A stretch of 63,623 nucleotides of DNA, taken from contig NC_057750.1 of the NCBI RefSeq assembly GCF_004010195.1, positions 3,571,320-3,634,942 of the forward strand, given 5' to 3'. A model generated the notes under the pieces. That model was not told where the DNA came from. It did not search any database and saw only the letters and a program-made list of their open reading frames with translations. Below are positions 49,389 through 60,616 of the stretch, piece by piece (the stretch's first letter is position 1; every line of letters begins with the position of its first letter). A program made the position numbers and the translations under genes. This stretch comes from Chiloscyllium plagiosum. Taxonomy: Eukaryota.

Positions 49389-49582
49389 TCGAAGAGTGTG
49401 GCCCTGGAAAAGCACAGCAGGTCAGGCAGCATCCGAGGAGCAGGAGAATTGACATTTCGGACATAAGCCCTTCATTCCTGGTGAAGAGCTTTGGCCGGAA
49501 ATGTTGATTCTCCTGCTCGTGTGCTTTTCCAGTGTCACATTTTTCAACTCTGATCTCCAGCATCTGCAGTCCTCACTTTTTC
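49389..49582. mobile_element. Fold-back mini-PLE (family 1), decayed
   Basis: Inverted arm plus a sense arm with full tail; imperfect flanking repeat CCTATATCAT (49374-49383) / CCTGTATCAT (49583-49592). Confidence 0.8.
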
Positions 49583-49610
49583 CCTGTATCATGTTGCTGT
49601 GCAGGCATTT

Positions 49611-50092
49611 GTGGAGGTCCTGCTGGATGGAGCAGTGCGGAGGAGGGTCTTCCTCTTCCCTCAGGACCTGGACTGGAGGTCATGACAGCAGATCATTGCC
49701 ACCTTTCTTAGCCATCTGGAGAAATTGCCATGACTGTTGGAAGATGGTCTGTATCCTTCTCTCATCAGGGTAAAGTTCACCTTCAGGTATATCACACTAA
49801 CTATTTTTACTACTGTACTCACCTGCCCTGCTCTCACCCATCAAGTCCCAACACCGGTAAGCTTACATCCCCTCGCAATGCCCACTCACTCACTCTGCAT
49901 ACTCTCTCACCTGCACCAAAAGTATCAGCTATGACGTCCACTTTCATCTAAGTAATACCTAGCTCTCTCATTCCAGGAGGAAGCAGGCCCCAGTAGAGCA
50001 GAAAGGGTCAGGACAGGTGGTGTGCTGCCATTATTCAGCTCCTCACCCTTTATAAGGAGAGGATACTACTGCCCCAAGTGGGGCCTGGAATG
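49611..50092 (+). pseudogene. Harbinger Myb/SANT-like (NAIF1/MSANTD-type) gene relic, two exons
   Basis: VEVLLDGAVRRRVFLFPQD...WRNCHDCWKMVCILLSS, GT donor at ~49770, acceptor TCTCATTCCAG (49976), then EEAGPSRAERVRTGG. Confidence 0.55.
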
Positions 50093-50569
50093 GTATTTGT
50101 AGCTGCTGAAACCTGATGACAGGTGTTCTGGCTTTGTGTCTGTGCTAAATGGCATGGCATGATATCAGTGATATAGCTTGGTATCTTTGTTTGAAAGGGA
50201 AAAGCACAAAAAATGCAAGATAACACAATGCAAGTTAAGGATACTGTGAAAGACAAACTCAGAGTGAGTAAGCACTTTGACAGCAAGTGAACAGCCTAAG
50301 ATACATCCTCGTCCAGTCTGTGAGCTTACTTCATGACCCTAAGTGCATAATGTCCTAGCTGCTCTTTATAACAATAGTTGCCAGTGCAGGTGGTCTCATT
50401 CAGGAGTGGCAGTCTCGGCCTGGCATGGCGTTCTTCTTTGGCAGAGGCTTCCAATCCAGTATTTCAGCAGCCCAACTAGCAGTCTTTTCCCAGCTGCATC
50501 TTCAGGGTATTCCATCTTTCCTTGTTCAGCTTTCCCTGAGCCCAGGAGCCATTAACTGAACTGTGATGC

Positions 50570-50718
50570 ACTTTGTCTTAATTTTACTTTTGTTTTATTA
50601 TTATATATGACTTCTGACATTGATGTAGGTGGTATGGTGGGGCGACTTATAAAACGTTTCACTGTATTTTTCACGTAAAAGTACATGTGACAGTAAATTT
50701 CTACCTATTCTATTCTAA
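50570..50718 (+). mobile_element. LINE 3' tail of the same type as the 20602-21657 element
   Basis: TTTCACTGTA...GTACATGTGACAGTAAA followed by (ATTCT)n. Confidence 0.55.
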
Positions 50719-51024
50719 CAACCTCAATAAGTTTCTTCGCAACATCAAATCTTTGAAACAATAAGAGAAACCCCTCAAAATGAGGTGCACTGTTTGTATT
50801 TAAGATACTCCTGTCTTTTTGGCATTGTTCTACATTGGAAATACATTTGCCCATCAAGCTATTGGCAGAGTCAAAGTCCTTCTGTTTATAAGTTTTAAGC
50901 ACACAATGTTTTTGTTTAGTTTTTGTCTTTTTTTTTGAAAATTGGTGAGAAAACAAGGATAAACAAGCAGCCAGGAATTTGGCCAACAACTTAAAGTTTA
51001 TTCACATGCTAGTTAACTCTCCCA

Positions 51025-51206
51025 GAGTTTAAGTCAGAGTGGTGTTGGAAAAGCACATGAGTTCAGGCAGCATCCGAGGAGCAGGAAAATCGACGTTTCG
51101 GGCAAAAGCCCTTCATCAGGAAAAGCCCTATAGACCTGCTGTGCTTTTCCAGCACCATTCTGATCTAAACTCTGGTTTCCAGCATCTGCAGTCCTCACTT
51201 TTGCCC
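51025..51206. mobile_element. Fold-back mini-PLE (family 1)
   Basis: 14-bp TSD AGTTAACTCTCCCA (51011-51024, 51207-51220). The inverted arm has an intact hammerhead; the short sense arm has the full tail. Confidence 0.88.
51092..51119 (-). ncRNA. Minimal hammerhead ribozyme core
   Basis: Reverse complement reads CTGATGA-A-GGGC TTTT GCCC-GAAA-CG-TC. Confidence 0.7.
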
Positions 51207-51424
51207 AGTTAACTCTCCCATCCTGTCCACAGCTTAGCATTTCTGCAATGCAAATACCAATTCTGTGTCACTTCTAATTCTTTTAATCAGTGTAAAATAC
51301 GAGTCATCACTTAGAGAACAAGAGCACTTCGAATATGTCCATTTTAAAATTGATAACTCCAGTGTGTCCAAGGTTATGTTGCAATAAATTTGCCATTATT
51401 ATGTTAATGTTATTTCTCTTTGAA

Positions 51425-51748
51425 CCTCCAGTGATATTGTTTGAAGAGCAGCTCAGTACTCCTCTATATCCAGAGCAGTATTCATTCCTCAAGCACATCA
51501 CTAAAGAAGAAAAAAATCCAAAAAAATCTGGATATCTGGAACAAAAACAGGAATTGCTGGAGAAACCCAAAGTGTCACTGAATTTGAAATATTAATGCTG
51601 CATTTTTCTTAATGGATGCTGCCAGACCTGCCGAGTTTCTCTAGCAATTTCTGTTTTTGTTTCACTAAAGAACAGCTTAATTAATGTTTATGGGATCTTA
51701 TTGTCTGCAAATTGGCTGCTTTGATTTTCTGCATTATAAGTGACACTC
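51425..51748 (+). mobile_element. Deu-domain SINE relic interrupted by a mini-PLE
   Basis: TTTGAAGAGCAG...CCTCAAGCACATCACTAAA, then after the insertion GTTTATGGGATCTT...CAAATTGGCTGC. Confidence 0.5.
51509..51661. mobile_element. Fold-back mini-PLE (family 3), decayed
   Basis: GAACAAAAACAGGAATTGCTGGAGAAAC pairs with GTTTCTCTAGCAATTTCTGTTTTTGTTT. 11-bp TSD TCACTAAAGAA (51498-51508, 51662-51672). Confidence 0.75.
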
Positions 51749-51750
51749 CT

Positions 51751-52316
51751 TTGAGTATAAATAAGAGTTGGGACATTATATTGAGGTTGTACAGGAAGTT
51801 GGTGAGACCTCTTCTGGACCAATGTGTGCAATTCTGGTCACCTGTTATAGGAAGGATGTTATTAAGCTGGAGAGAGTTAAGAAAAGGTTCACCAGAATGT
51901 TGCCGGGAATGGAGGGTTTGAGTTATAAGGAGAGGTTGGATAACTTGGGAGTTTTTTCATTGGAACATAGGAGGCTTAGGGGTGACCTTATAGAGGTTTA
52001 TTAAAAATCACGAGAGGTATGGATAAGATGAATAGCAGATATCTTTTCCTGAGAGTTGGGGATTTCAAGACTAGGGGGCATATTTTTCAGGTGAGAAGAG
52101 AAAGACTTAAAAAAGACATGAGGGACAATTTTTGCACACAGAGAGTGGTTACAACGTTTAAAAAATGTTTAAATACATTAATGAATAAGAAATATGTGGA
52201 GGAATATGTGCCAAGCAGTGGCACGTGGGACTAGTTTAGTTTAGGATTATGGTCAGCATGGTTTGGTTGGACCACAGGGTCTGTTTCTGTGCTGTATGAC
52301 TCTGTAACTCTATAAC
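51751..52316 (+). mobile_element. HER1 3' fragment
   Basis: ORFs 51712, 51768 and 52019 are frameshifted pieces of the CR1 RT C-terminus; GACTCTGTAACTCTAT tail. Confidence 0.9.
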
Positions 52317-53084
52317 TGCTACAATCATGACTAGACTCCCGGCTTTATGTCTGCACTAAACGCCAGGCAAGGCAGAAGTACTGTGAACCTGGTAGCTCTG
52401 GCTGTAAGGGAAAAGTACAAAAATGCAAGGCAGGGATGCTTTGAGGAGTAGCCTGGTAAGGTTGAGCTAAATGAGAAGTAAGAAAGCAACTGACCAATCC
52501 TGAGATGCTTGGTGCAAGTTCCTGTGCATTAAGTGTCTTGCAGTAGCTTTGTGATGGTGATTGCCAAATATGCTCCAAGTTGCAATATGGTCCTGCAGCT
52601 GCATGGTTCAAATGGTTCGGAGATGCACCATAATGCTGCATCGAGATTGACAAATTCCCAATGCTGAAGTCAGTGGACATGAGATGCGTGCTTGCGTTGC
52701 CCATGGAGTGTGATATGGAGATTTTGGTACCTGGTGTCCAAAATGGAGGTCTGGAAGTGGAAATGATGAGCTGCAGTCATCAGACTTCCAGGTTGGAAAT
52801 TCTTGCATCTAGCCTCTTTGTGGTGTGTTGTGGGAGAGGAAGCTGCATATTAATGAGGTGAGATTTGCACTTAACGAGGCTGACAACAAGCAATAAGTCC
52901 ATTAATAGGCACCTCACTGCTCTCTACCTGGAATCTCATCTTGACACCAAGATCTCTGCTGGAAAATGCAACTAGCTGCTTCCTATGTTGAGAAAGGCTT
53001 GACTGCACTTCTCACGTACTTCTCCCAGATAGCTAACACCATTCAGACCCCTTAAGATTCTCTTCAATATGTCAACCATTATGA

Positions 53085-53290
53085 GGAGATGCTGGGGTAC
53101 TGGTAATGTCACTGAATTTATAATGCAGAGGTCTAGGTTAATGCTCTCAGGACACGGGTTCAGTGTCACTTTGGCTGATGGTGGCATTTAAATTCAATGT
53201 ATTTTTAAAATCTGGAAATGGAAACTAGTATCTCAAAAATTGTCATGAAACAATTAGTTATTGTAAAAGCTCATCTGGTTCACAAATGTC
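53085..53290 (+). mobile_element. Ancient tRNA-headed SINE-like fragment
   Basis: TGGTAATGTCACTG...GACACGGGTTCA...ATTTAAATTCAAT...CATCTGGTTCAC; similar to 16700-16870. Confidence 0.45.
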
Positions 53291-53559
53291 TTCTTTCTTT
53301 TGCTTCGTTGTGTGGAGTAAAGTTTATTTAAATTGCTTTTCTCAGTTCAAACTATTTTTGGCATTTCATCTAAATGATACTAGATTGCTCAGCAGATATT
53401 TTTAAATTAAAAACAATGGTGATTAACACATGAAAAATTATATACTTATTATAGCATCAACATTCTAATAAAGGTGACTCTCCTCAGAATAGTGGGAGAC
53501 GTTACAGCTAGGAATTCTTCTTTCATTTAAGGAAACACTCCAGTCAACTGAAAGAATAA

Positions 53560-53720
53560 TCCCAATCAAGAAAGATGAATGAAAGAAAAAGAGAGATAAA
53601 AGAGAAATGGAGGATGAATAAGAATAGGATCAAGGAAAAGAGAGAAGTAAAAGAAGAACAAAGAGAAATATTAGACTGAGAACTGGAGAAAGAAATAGAG
53701 GAAAGGAAAGAAAGAAAAAT
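53560..53720 (+). repeat. Purine-rich (GA) low-complexity tract
   Basis: Mostly A/G on the plus strand. Confidence 0.7.
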
Positions 53721-54044
53721 TGTTAATGTGTCAAACTTAATCTCTCCTGCAAGGTTTTGGACTCATGTCTTAATCTCTCCCTTCATAGCCCAGATGTCTA
53801 TTTCTAACAGTTTCCATTTATGAAATATCTTTGGATATGGAAGGTCCTATATAAATTCCTGATGTTCATTTCCACAAATCAGGATATCAAAAAGGAGGAG
53901 CACCAAATATTGACTGCATTGTTTTCAGAATAAGGCACAACATTTAAAGTAAGTAAACTGTATGAGTTTTACTTATGGTCAGCTGATAAATACTATATAT
54001 ATATATATAGTATCAGCCTCTGTGCAGCTACATCATTGCAATAG

Positions 54045-54544
54045 NNNNNNNNNNNNNNNNNNNNNNNNNNNNNNNNNNNNNNNNNNNNNNNNNNNNNNNN
54101 NNNNNNNNNNNNNNNNNNNNNNNNNNNNNNNNNNNNNNNNNNNNNNNNNNNNNNNNNNNNNNNNNNNNNNNNNNNNNNNNNNNNNNNNNNNNNNNNNNNN
54201 NNNNNNNNNNNNNNNNNNNNNNNNNNNNNNNNNNNNNNNNNNNNNNNNNNNNNNNNNNNNNNNNNNNNNNNNNNNNNNNNNNNNNNNNNNNNNNNNNNNN
54301 NNNNNNNNNNNNNNNNNNNNNNNNNNNNNNNNNNNNNNNNNNNNNNNNNNNNNNNNNNNNNNNNNNNNNNNNNNNNNNNNNNNNNNNNNNNNNNNNNNNN
54401 NNNNNNNNNNNNNNNNNNNNNNNNNNNNNNNNNNNNNNNNNNNNNNNNNNNNNNNNNNNNNNNNNNNNNNNNNNNNNNNNNNNNNNNNNNNNNNNNNNNN
54501 NNNNNNNNNNNNNNNNNNNNNNNNNNNNNNNNNNNNNNNNNNNN
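54045..54544. other. Assembly gap (500 N)
   Basis: Run of exactly 500 N; probably a placeholder of unknown true size. Confidence 0.99.
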
Positions 54545-55195
54545 TGAGGGTATTGCATTTTGATAAAAGAAACAAGGTCAGGACATACATAATTATTGAT
54601 AGGGCCCTAAGTGGTGTTGTAGAACAGAAAGACATAGGGGTTCAGGTACATAATTCTTTGAAATTTGCATCACAGGTAGACAGGGTGATTAAGAAGGTGT
54701 TTAATACACTTACCTTCATTGCTCAGACCTTTAAGTATAGGAGTTGGGATGTCACCTTGAGGTTATGCAGAATGCTGGTGAACCTTTTCTAGACTACTGT
54801 GACCAGTTCTGGTCACCCTGCTATAGAAGGCTATTATTAAATTGGAGCGGGTTCAGAAAAGATTTATCAGGCTGGATAGGCTGGGATGTTCTTCACTTGG
54901 AGTGTAGGAAGTTTTGGGGTGACCTCATGGAGGCATATAAAATCATGAAGGGCATGGATAAGGTGAATAGCAAGGATCTTTTCCCCAGGGTGGGTGAGTT
55001 CAAAACTAGGAGACATATTTCTAAGGTGAGAGGAGCAAGTTTAAAAAGGACATAAGAGACAACTTTTTTTACACAGAGGGTGGTTCATATGTGGAATGAA
55101 CTGTCAGAGGAAATGGTGAATTCAGGTACAATTACAAGATTTAGAAGACATATGGATAAATACATGAATAGGAAAAGTTTGGAGGGGTATGGCCA
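54545..55195 (+). mobile_element. HER1 3' fragment (its tail resumes at 57102-57187)
   Basis: VLHFDK, QFWSP. The 3'UTR GGAGGGGTATGGCC continues as AAACACAGGCAATTGG...GACTCTAT after the nested CR1. Confidence 0.85.
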
Positions 55196-57101
55196 CAAAA
55201 AAAGCTATAAAGGAAAGTAAGATAGATTATGAGAGTAAACTAGCTCAGAATATAAAGACAGATAGCAAAAGTTTCTGTAAATATATAAAATGATAAAAAA
55301 GTGGCTAAGGTAAACATTGGTCCTTTACAGGATGAGAAGGAGGAATTAATAATGGGATACAAGGAAATGGTCAAGGCATTGAACAGGTATTTTGTATCGG
55401 TCTTTACAATGGACGACACTAATAACATGCCAGAAATTGACAAGGAGACAAAGTAGGTGAGGATCTGGAGATAATCATTATCATGAAAGTGGCAGTGTTA
55501 GGCAAGATAATGGAGCTAAAGGTAGACAAGTCTCCTGGTCCTGATGGAATGCATCCCAGGGTACTAAAATATATGGTGGGAGAAATAGCAAATGCACTTG
55601 TGGTAATTTTCCAAATTTCGCTGGACTCTGGGGCAGTTCAGCAGACTAGAAGACAGCAAATGTGACGACACTGTTTAACAAAGGAGGTAGACAAAAGATG
55701 GGGAATTATGGACCAGTTAGCTTAACTTCTGTAGTGGGAAAAAAATGCTTGAATCTATTATAAAGGAAGAAATAGCAAGACATCTAGATAGAAATTGTCC
55801 CATTGGGCAGATGCAGCATGGTTTCATGAAAGGCAGGTCATGTTTAACTAATCTACTGGAATTCTGTGACGACTTTACAAGCAAGGTGGACAACAGGGAA
55901 CCAGTACATGTATCTAGATTTCCAAAAAGCATTCGACAAGGTGCTGCACAAAAGGTTGCTGCATAAGATAAAGATGCATGGTGTTACTTGTAATGTCTTA
56001 GCATGGATAGAGGATTGGTTAACTAACAGGAAGCAAAGAGTGGGGATAAATGAGTGTTTTTCTGGTTGGTGATCAGTGACTAGAGGTGTGTTTCAGGGAT
56101 CAGTGTTAGGACCACAATTATTCACAATTTACATAGATGATTTGGAGTTGGGGACCATATGTCATGTATCAATGTTTGCAGATGACACTAAGATGAGTGG
56201 TAGAGCAAAGTGTGTAGAAGATTGTGAAACTTTGCAGAGAGACATAGATAGTTTAAGTGAGTGGGCAAAGGTCTGGCAGATCGAGTACAATGTTAATAAC
56301 TGTGAAGTCATCCATTTCTGTAGGAATAACAGTAAGAAGGACTATTATTTGAATGATAAAACATTACAGCATGCTGCTGTGCAGAGGGACCTGGGTATCC
56401 TTGTGCAAGAATCACAGAGGGTTGGCCTGCAGGTGCAACAGGTAATTAAGAAGGAAAATAGAATTTTGTCCTTTGTTGCTAAAGGGATTAAGTTAAAAAG
56501 CAGGGAGATTATGTTGCAGTTGTATAGGTGCTGCTGAGGCCACACCCAGAGTACTGCAAACAGTTTTAGTCTCCTTACTTAAGAAAAGATATACTGGCAC
56601 TAAGGGGGTGCAGAGGAGGTTCACTAGGTTGATTCTGTATTTGTGAAGGTTGGCTTATGAGGAGACACTGAGTAGACTGGGATTATATTCATTAGAATTT
56701 AGAAGAATAAGAGGGATCTTATAGAAACACATAAAATTATCATAAGCAATAGATAAGATAGAAGTACAGAGTATGTTTCTACTGGTGGGTGAAACTAGGA
56801 CAAGAGGGCACAGCCTCAAAATTAGGGGGAGCAGATTTAGGACTGATTTGAGAATGAACTTCTTCACCAGAGGGTTGTGAATCTGTGCAATTCCATCCCA
56901 GTGAAGTAGTTGAGGCCTCCTCATTGAATGTTTTTAAAGCTAAGATAAATCATTTTTTGAACAGTAAAGGAATTAAGGGTTATGGTGAGAGGGTGGGTAA
57001 GTGGAGCTGAGGCCATGAAATGATCAGCCATGGTTTTATTGAATGGCAGAGCAGGCTTGAAGGGCCAAATAGCCTACTCCTACTCCTATTCCTTATGTTC
57101 T
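55196..57101 (+). mobile_element. CR1 LINE, 5'-truncated, nested in the HER1 3'UTR
   Basis: DKSPGPDGMHPRVL, QHGFMKGRSCLTNL, YLDFQKAFDKV, QGSVLGP, FADD; TTATGTTCT tail. Confidence 0.92.
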
Positions 57102-57214
57102 AAACACAGGCAATTGGCACTAGTTTTGTTTGGGAATGTGGTTGGTGTGGACTAGTTAGATCGAAGGGTGTTTTCCCATGACTCTATACGAGGAAGACTA
57201 CATTACTGGTGCTA

Positions 57215-57540
57215 CCAAAGTGATCACGCCCCTTTAAATCATATCGCTCCTTGAATTGAGACATTAAACCAAAGCTCCTCTGCCATTTGAAGCAACTGAA
57301 AGGATCTAATGACACTCTGCAAAAAACTGGAATTCTCATTGGTGTCCTGGTTTGATATGTATGTCTCAAACAACACGGGTAAAAAAAGGCTATCTGGACA
57401 TTAATGTATTGTTGTTTGTGGGAACATGCTGTGAGCAAATTGTCTTCCACATTTCCTATGTTGCAAGAATAACTGCACTTCAAAAATTCATAATTAGCTA
57501 AAAAAACACTTTTGGATGTCCTGGAGCAATAAAATGTTGC
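57215..57540 (+). mobile_element. Deu-domain SINE relic
   Basis: TGAGACATTAAACCAAAG...GGTGTCCTGG...TGTTTGTGGGAACATGCTGTGAGCAAATTG...CACTTCAAAA. Confidence 0.65.
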
Positions 57541-58789
57541 ACCACCTGCATGAAAACTACATGGAGTACCTTTAATTGTTTATTCTTGTTTGGTGCAGAC
57601 ATGGTGGGCTGAAGGGCCTGTTCCTGTGCTATACTATTCTATGTTCATGAATATATTAAAATAGCATAGTTTATAGTAAAATGAAACATGCAGTTGATTT
57701 TGAAATATCAACAAGTTTAAAATAACACAGATCTTACACAGAATTTTCCCAAGCAACATAAAAGCTTTTCTAATTTTTTTCCTCTAAAACTGCCATACTT
57801 CTTTAAATCCAACAGACTAATTAATGCTGCCAGGAGACTGTCATATTTCAGTTAACTAAATTATTTGTTTTTTTTTTCAAGTATGCACACAACCAATCAT
57901 GAATTCTTGATTTTGTGACAATTGGGAATGAGATGTTAAATTTTAAATCTTGGGACAGCCCTGACTGACAGCCAAAGGCAACAAATGGGCCTGACTTTCT
58001 GCATCCTATCATGGAGACCAAGATGAGAGAACAGCCTGGCTGAACCTATTTGTTTACTGTTTGGTTTGGAAGACTCCAAACATTACTGCACGAAAACCAC
58101 AGAGCCTGGCAGACATAAATATGTCAGGGATTGAACAACAAACACCTTGTTTGGTTTGTCTGTTTACTTATCTTGATCTATCAAAACAACAGCAAAGTAT
58201 TTTCAAAATCTAGCCTCATCCACGAGGTTATAAATCACAGCCCTCCATTTAGTTATGAAGAAATGTGAACAGAATTCTGTCAGAGGTTAGAAACAGAGCT
58301 GGAGATGCAAAATGACCCAGGCATAGAATGTAGTAAGCCCTTAAAATATGTTGTTGTATTTCACTCATTTGCTCCCTCAGAAGCTTTACTCATATCCATA
58401 GATAATAGTAAGCAGTTGCATCTCAAAAAAACCTACGAGTATTGTATACTTTACCATATAAGGTGTATTCTTTGCCATATGAAGGTTAGTGGGACCATTT
58501 AATTCATAAATGCAGTTCCCACTACATTGGTTAATACATGGAACGCCGAATGATCTCTCCTGTTCTCCAGCATGTAGAAAATTATATCCCAGTCGACCAC
58601 AAATACAGAATAAATTACAATCAGTTTATTTACAATTGAAATAATACATAGAAGTAAAAGTCATAACAAGCTAGCTATCCTGTAGAATGCATGGTATTGT
58701 GTATTAGGGATGTGTTTTATAGTGAGAAGAGTTACCCTGTATCAATACATATCAAAAATGAAGATGGCACACCCATCATTCTCTGCGGT

Positions 58790-59955
58790 TATGGTCAATA
58801 TGCAATCACAGTTCCACAAGACTGGAACAGCTCCCATCAAAATCACAAATAATATGCTATGGATTTGTGACATAGGTAAGTTTTCCCTTCTTTTTCCTCT
58901 CAACCTGACTGCAGCCTTTGACATGGTTGATCACATCATTCCCCTGCAATATATTTGCTGTAATGTGGTTCCATTCTTATCAATATAATGATAGCCAGAG
59001 AATCACTTGCAATCTCTTTCTTTTTCCATCTCCCATCCCTTTATTTCCAGTCTTTCCCAAGATTCTATCCTTGATGGACACCCTTCTGTTTCTTATCTCT
59101 GCTGCCCCATGGTAATATCAGTAGACATAACATTTGTTTTAATACATACACTGATGACTCCCATTTCTACCTCACTACCACTTCTTTCAATTTGTCCACT
59201 GCAGTAAATGATAAGACTTCTCATCCACTATCCATTACTGAATGAGCAGAAAGTTTCTCCAATTAAATACTTGAAAGAATGAAGCTATGTTTTGGCCACC
59301 ACTCCAAAACCCCATTCCCTAACTACAAATTCTATACCTCTTTCTGGTAACAATGAAAGTAAGCAAGTCGATTTACAAAACAGTGGTGTCACATTTTATC
59401 ATGTCCCTGTCTTAGCTCGTTTGCTGTTGAAACCCTCATCCATTCCAGTGATACCCCTGGACTCACCTATTCCAACACGCTCTTCGCCAGTTTCCACATT
59501 ATACCTTCTGTAAACTTTGGGTCATCCAAAACTTTGATGTCTTAACTCAAAAGTGCCATTCCCTGTCACCCTGTCTTGACTGACCTACACTGGCTTCTGG
59601 TCAAGCAATGTCTTCACTTCAAAAGTTTCATCTTTGTTTTCAAATCCTTCTATGGCCTGGCCTCACCTTATCATTGTAATACGTTTCAACTGCACCATTC
59701 ACCAAGATATCATTTAACTCCAGCCTGTTTTGCATTCCCAGTTACAATTGCTGCGCGATGAGGGGCTGTATCTTCAATTGCCTTAGCCTCAAAATCTGGA
59801 ATTACCTCCCTACAACTTTCCACCTCTCTACCTCACTTTCCTTCATTAAGATCACTTCTTAAAACCTATCTTTTTAAGCTGGATTTTGGTCATGTGACCT
59901 AATATCTCCATAAGTGATGTCATGTTTTGTTTTACAATGGAGCTGTGAAGCACCC
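58790..59955 (+). mobile_element. L2-type LINE RT relic with 3' tail
   Basis: HKTGTAPIKITNNML...SLLFPLNLTAAFDMVDH (cf. L2 HSTETAL...LLDLSAAFDTVDH) and DLHWL. The terminal TAAATATAAGTTGTTGTT is displaced to ~60652-60672. Confidence 0.75.
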
Positions 59956-59989
59956 TTTTTTCTATTATATCACAATAAATGTACAAAGT

Positions 59990-60616
59990 AAACATAGAAC
60001 ATAGAACAATACAGCACAGAACAGGCCCTGGAAAAAGTTTCTTACTGTCTACTCTATCTATTCCTCTGATCATCTTATAAACCTCTGTCAAGTCACCCCT
60101 CATCCTTCGCCGTTCCAACGAGAAAAGGCCGAGAACTCTCAACCTATCCTCGTACGACTTATTCTCCATTCCAGGCAACATCCTGGTAAATCTTCTCTGC
60201 ACCCTCTCCAAAGCTTCCACATCTTTCCTAAAGTGAGGTGACCAGAACTGCACACAGTACTCCAACTGTGGCCTAACCCAAGTCCTGTACAGCTGCAACA
60301 TCACTTCACGACTCTTGAATTCAATCCCTCTGCTAATGTACGATAATACTCCATAGGCCTTCTTACAAACTCTATCCACCTGAGTGGCAACCTTCAAAGA
60401 TCTATGTACATAGACCCCAAGATCCCTCTGTTCCTCCACCTGACTAAGAACCCTACCATTAACCCTGTATTCCGCATTCTTATTTGTTCTTCCAAAATGG
60501 ACAACCTCACACTTGGCAGGGTTGAACTCCATCTGCCACTCCTCAGCCCAGCTCTGCATCATATCTAAGTCCCTCTGCAGCCGACAACAGCCCTCCTCAC
60601 TGTCCACAACTCCACC
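59990..60616 (-). mobile_element. Young CR1 3' fragment with internal deletion
   Basis: Open RT C-terminus in ORF 59852-60652 (WAEEWQMEFN, LEYCVQFWSP) joined at KLFPG directly to the (TTCTATG)n tail. Confidence 0.92.

Noticed and set aside
52345..52704. AAAGPYCNL resembling a Harbinger transposase N-terminal motif
   Set aside because: A single weak motif without colinear neighbours; the region may be an old repeat but I cannot support a call.
53962..54792. Long ORFs at 53962, 54028 and 54033
   Set aside because: They are open only because they run through the 500-N gap.
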